Position numbers and translations under genes: made by a program
Shown here: piece by piece, positions 34,742-36,073 of the stretch
How positions within the stretch are numbered: position 1 is the first letter of the stretch
Layout of the letters: each line of letters opens with the position of its first letter
Source of the DNA: Octopus sinensis
Lineage: Eukaryota
Direction: 5' to 3'
Length of the DNA: 36,073 nucleotides
NCBI RefSeq assembly: GCF_006345805.1
Contig: NW_021826243.1
Coordinates: forward strand, 1-36,073
Notes under the pieces: model-generated
Database searches by the model: none
Told to the model about the DNA's origin: nothing
What the model saw: the letters and a program-made list of their open reading frames with translations, nothing else

Positions 34742-35256
34742 CATACACACGCATATATATTATATATATATATATATATCTTACATACGTGCCTATATAT
34801 GTATGTAAGGACGTTCGTATATATAAGTATAACGTATGTTCTGTATATATAATTGTATTTATGTATCCATCTGGCATATTCAAGTGACGACGGCAGAGCT
34901 TATTGGAAGCAAACCAGAAATCCAGGATCTTAAATTATCCAGAAAAAACTTTTTGCTAGCTTATTTTGTCTCTCTGTCTTATCTCATGGCGCGATATGAA
35001 CATTTTAAGTGGTTTTTGGAGTCGGTGTCTTGACTGCTATTTCGGCATGGTGGTATCTCTCAGATACCCTTATTTATAGTTTTAAATAATTATTACCTTT
35101 GTATGGTATTTATTCCCATGCTGGCCACTTGACAAGATCGATATTTAAATATCGATATTATCCTTATTTATAGATTCATATAAATATATCTATAGAAAGA
35201 TATGAATATATACACTCACATCCATACATATATACATACACACATACATATACGTG

Positions 35257-35318
<62 letters not shown>

Positions 35319-35384
35319 GTTGTGTGATTATTGTTGGCTGTGGTTGTTTTGAAGTTCAGCAGGGTTAAATCAGTACTAGACGAG

Positions 35385-35458
35385 CAGACATCTGATCGAA
35401 ATCGCGATCCTAAGACCGCGAGTCCGCTACTCTAACCACTGGGCCATTGCGCCTACAC
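35385..35458 (-). mobile_element. SINE S3 head
   Basis: Reverse complement: GGCGCAATGGCCCAGTGGTTAGAGTAGCGGACTCGCGGTCTTAGGATCGCGATTTCGATC. Confidence 0.85.
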
Positions 35459-36073
35459 AGTAGTAGTATAGCAGTAGTACAGATGATGGTGTGGACATTT
35501 GTGGCAGTGGGGTTTGTGGGGTTTATGCTTATGATGATGGAAGAGTTGAACGCAAAAAGCGTTAAGGGTATTGGCACCAATATGGTGTTAATAGTGGAAT
35601 GTTAGAAGTGGTATCGTACTAATACTCGCGGTCGTGCTGGAGGTGTTGGTGTTGGTAGTGGTGGTTAGGGTGGAGTCAGTGGAAGGTTTGATGCTGATTG
35701 TTGTGATGAAACGATGTTCTGTTTTCATCCTGATTTCACAATAAATTTCTGGCGTTAGATTTCGCCCCCAGTAGATTCATTAAGCCCTGAAATCACATTT
35801 TCAGAAATAGTCCCTTAGCCTAAGTTCATGTTACTAATTATCCTAGGGATTCGTGTTCTGACTTTTCTCCATCTGCACCTGCAAAAGTACAACCACGAAT
35901 GTACCTACTTGAAAATTGACCCCACGTTGATATTTTACATGAAATGCCAGTTCTAAATCTGGGATCGGCTCTTTGGGTGATCCTTCTCCTTAATTAATGT
36001 CCTAAATAAGTATGATTAATGTTAGTCAATCGACAACGGACGGTGGGTTTGTTCATGTGAAAATATCTGAAGA

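Overview
This is eukaryotic, very AT-rich, repeat-saturated non-coding DNA, almost certainly cephalopod (Octopus-type). The species call is my recognition of the SINE families and microsatellite spectrum and was not checked against a database. No intact protein-coding gene, rRNA, true tRNA or CRISPR array is supportable, and most ORFs in the track are microsatellite artefacts. The window contains: (i) about 25 tRNA-derived SINE copies built from shuffled head, body and tail modules; (ii) three different truncated R4/Dong-clade LINEs (RT, CCHC knuckle, restriction-like endonuclease) packed into a (TAA)n microsatellite field at 9.5-13.6 kb, plus an unexplained ~500-nt non-coding repeat ('family X') whose ends also abut (TAA)n; (iii) CR1-like LINE relics whose 3' stem-loop is shared, with covariation, by one SINE family; (iv) mariner/Tc1 relics and several MITEs; (v) a near-canonical minimal type I hammerhead ribozyme at 950-1038 and two partial hammerhead relics; (vi) a near-identical duplication/inversion at 20.2-21.1 kb; and (vii) two phase-compatible candidate exons of an unidentified minus-strand host gene. 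Most repeat boundaries were read by eye and are approximate to about 10-20 nt.
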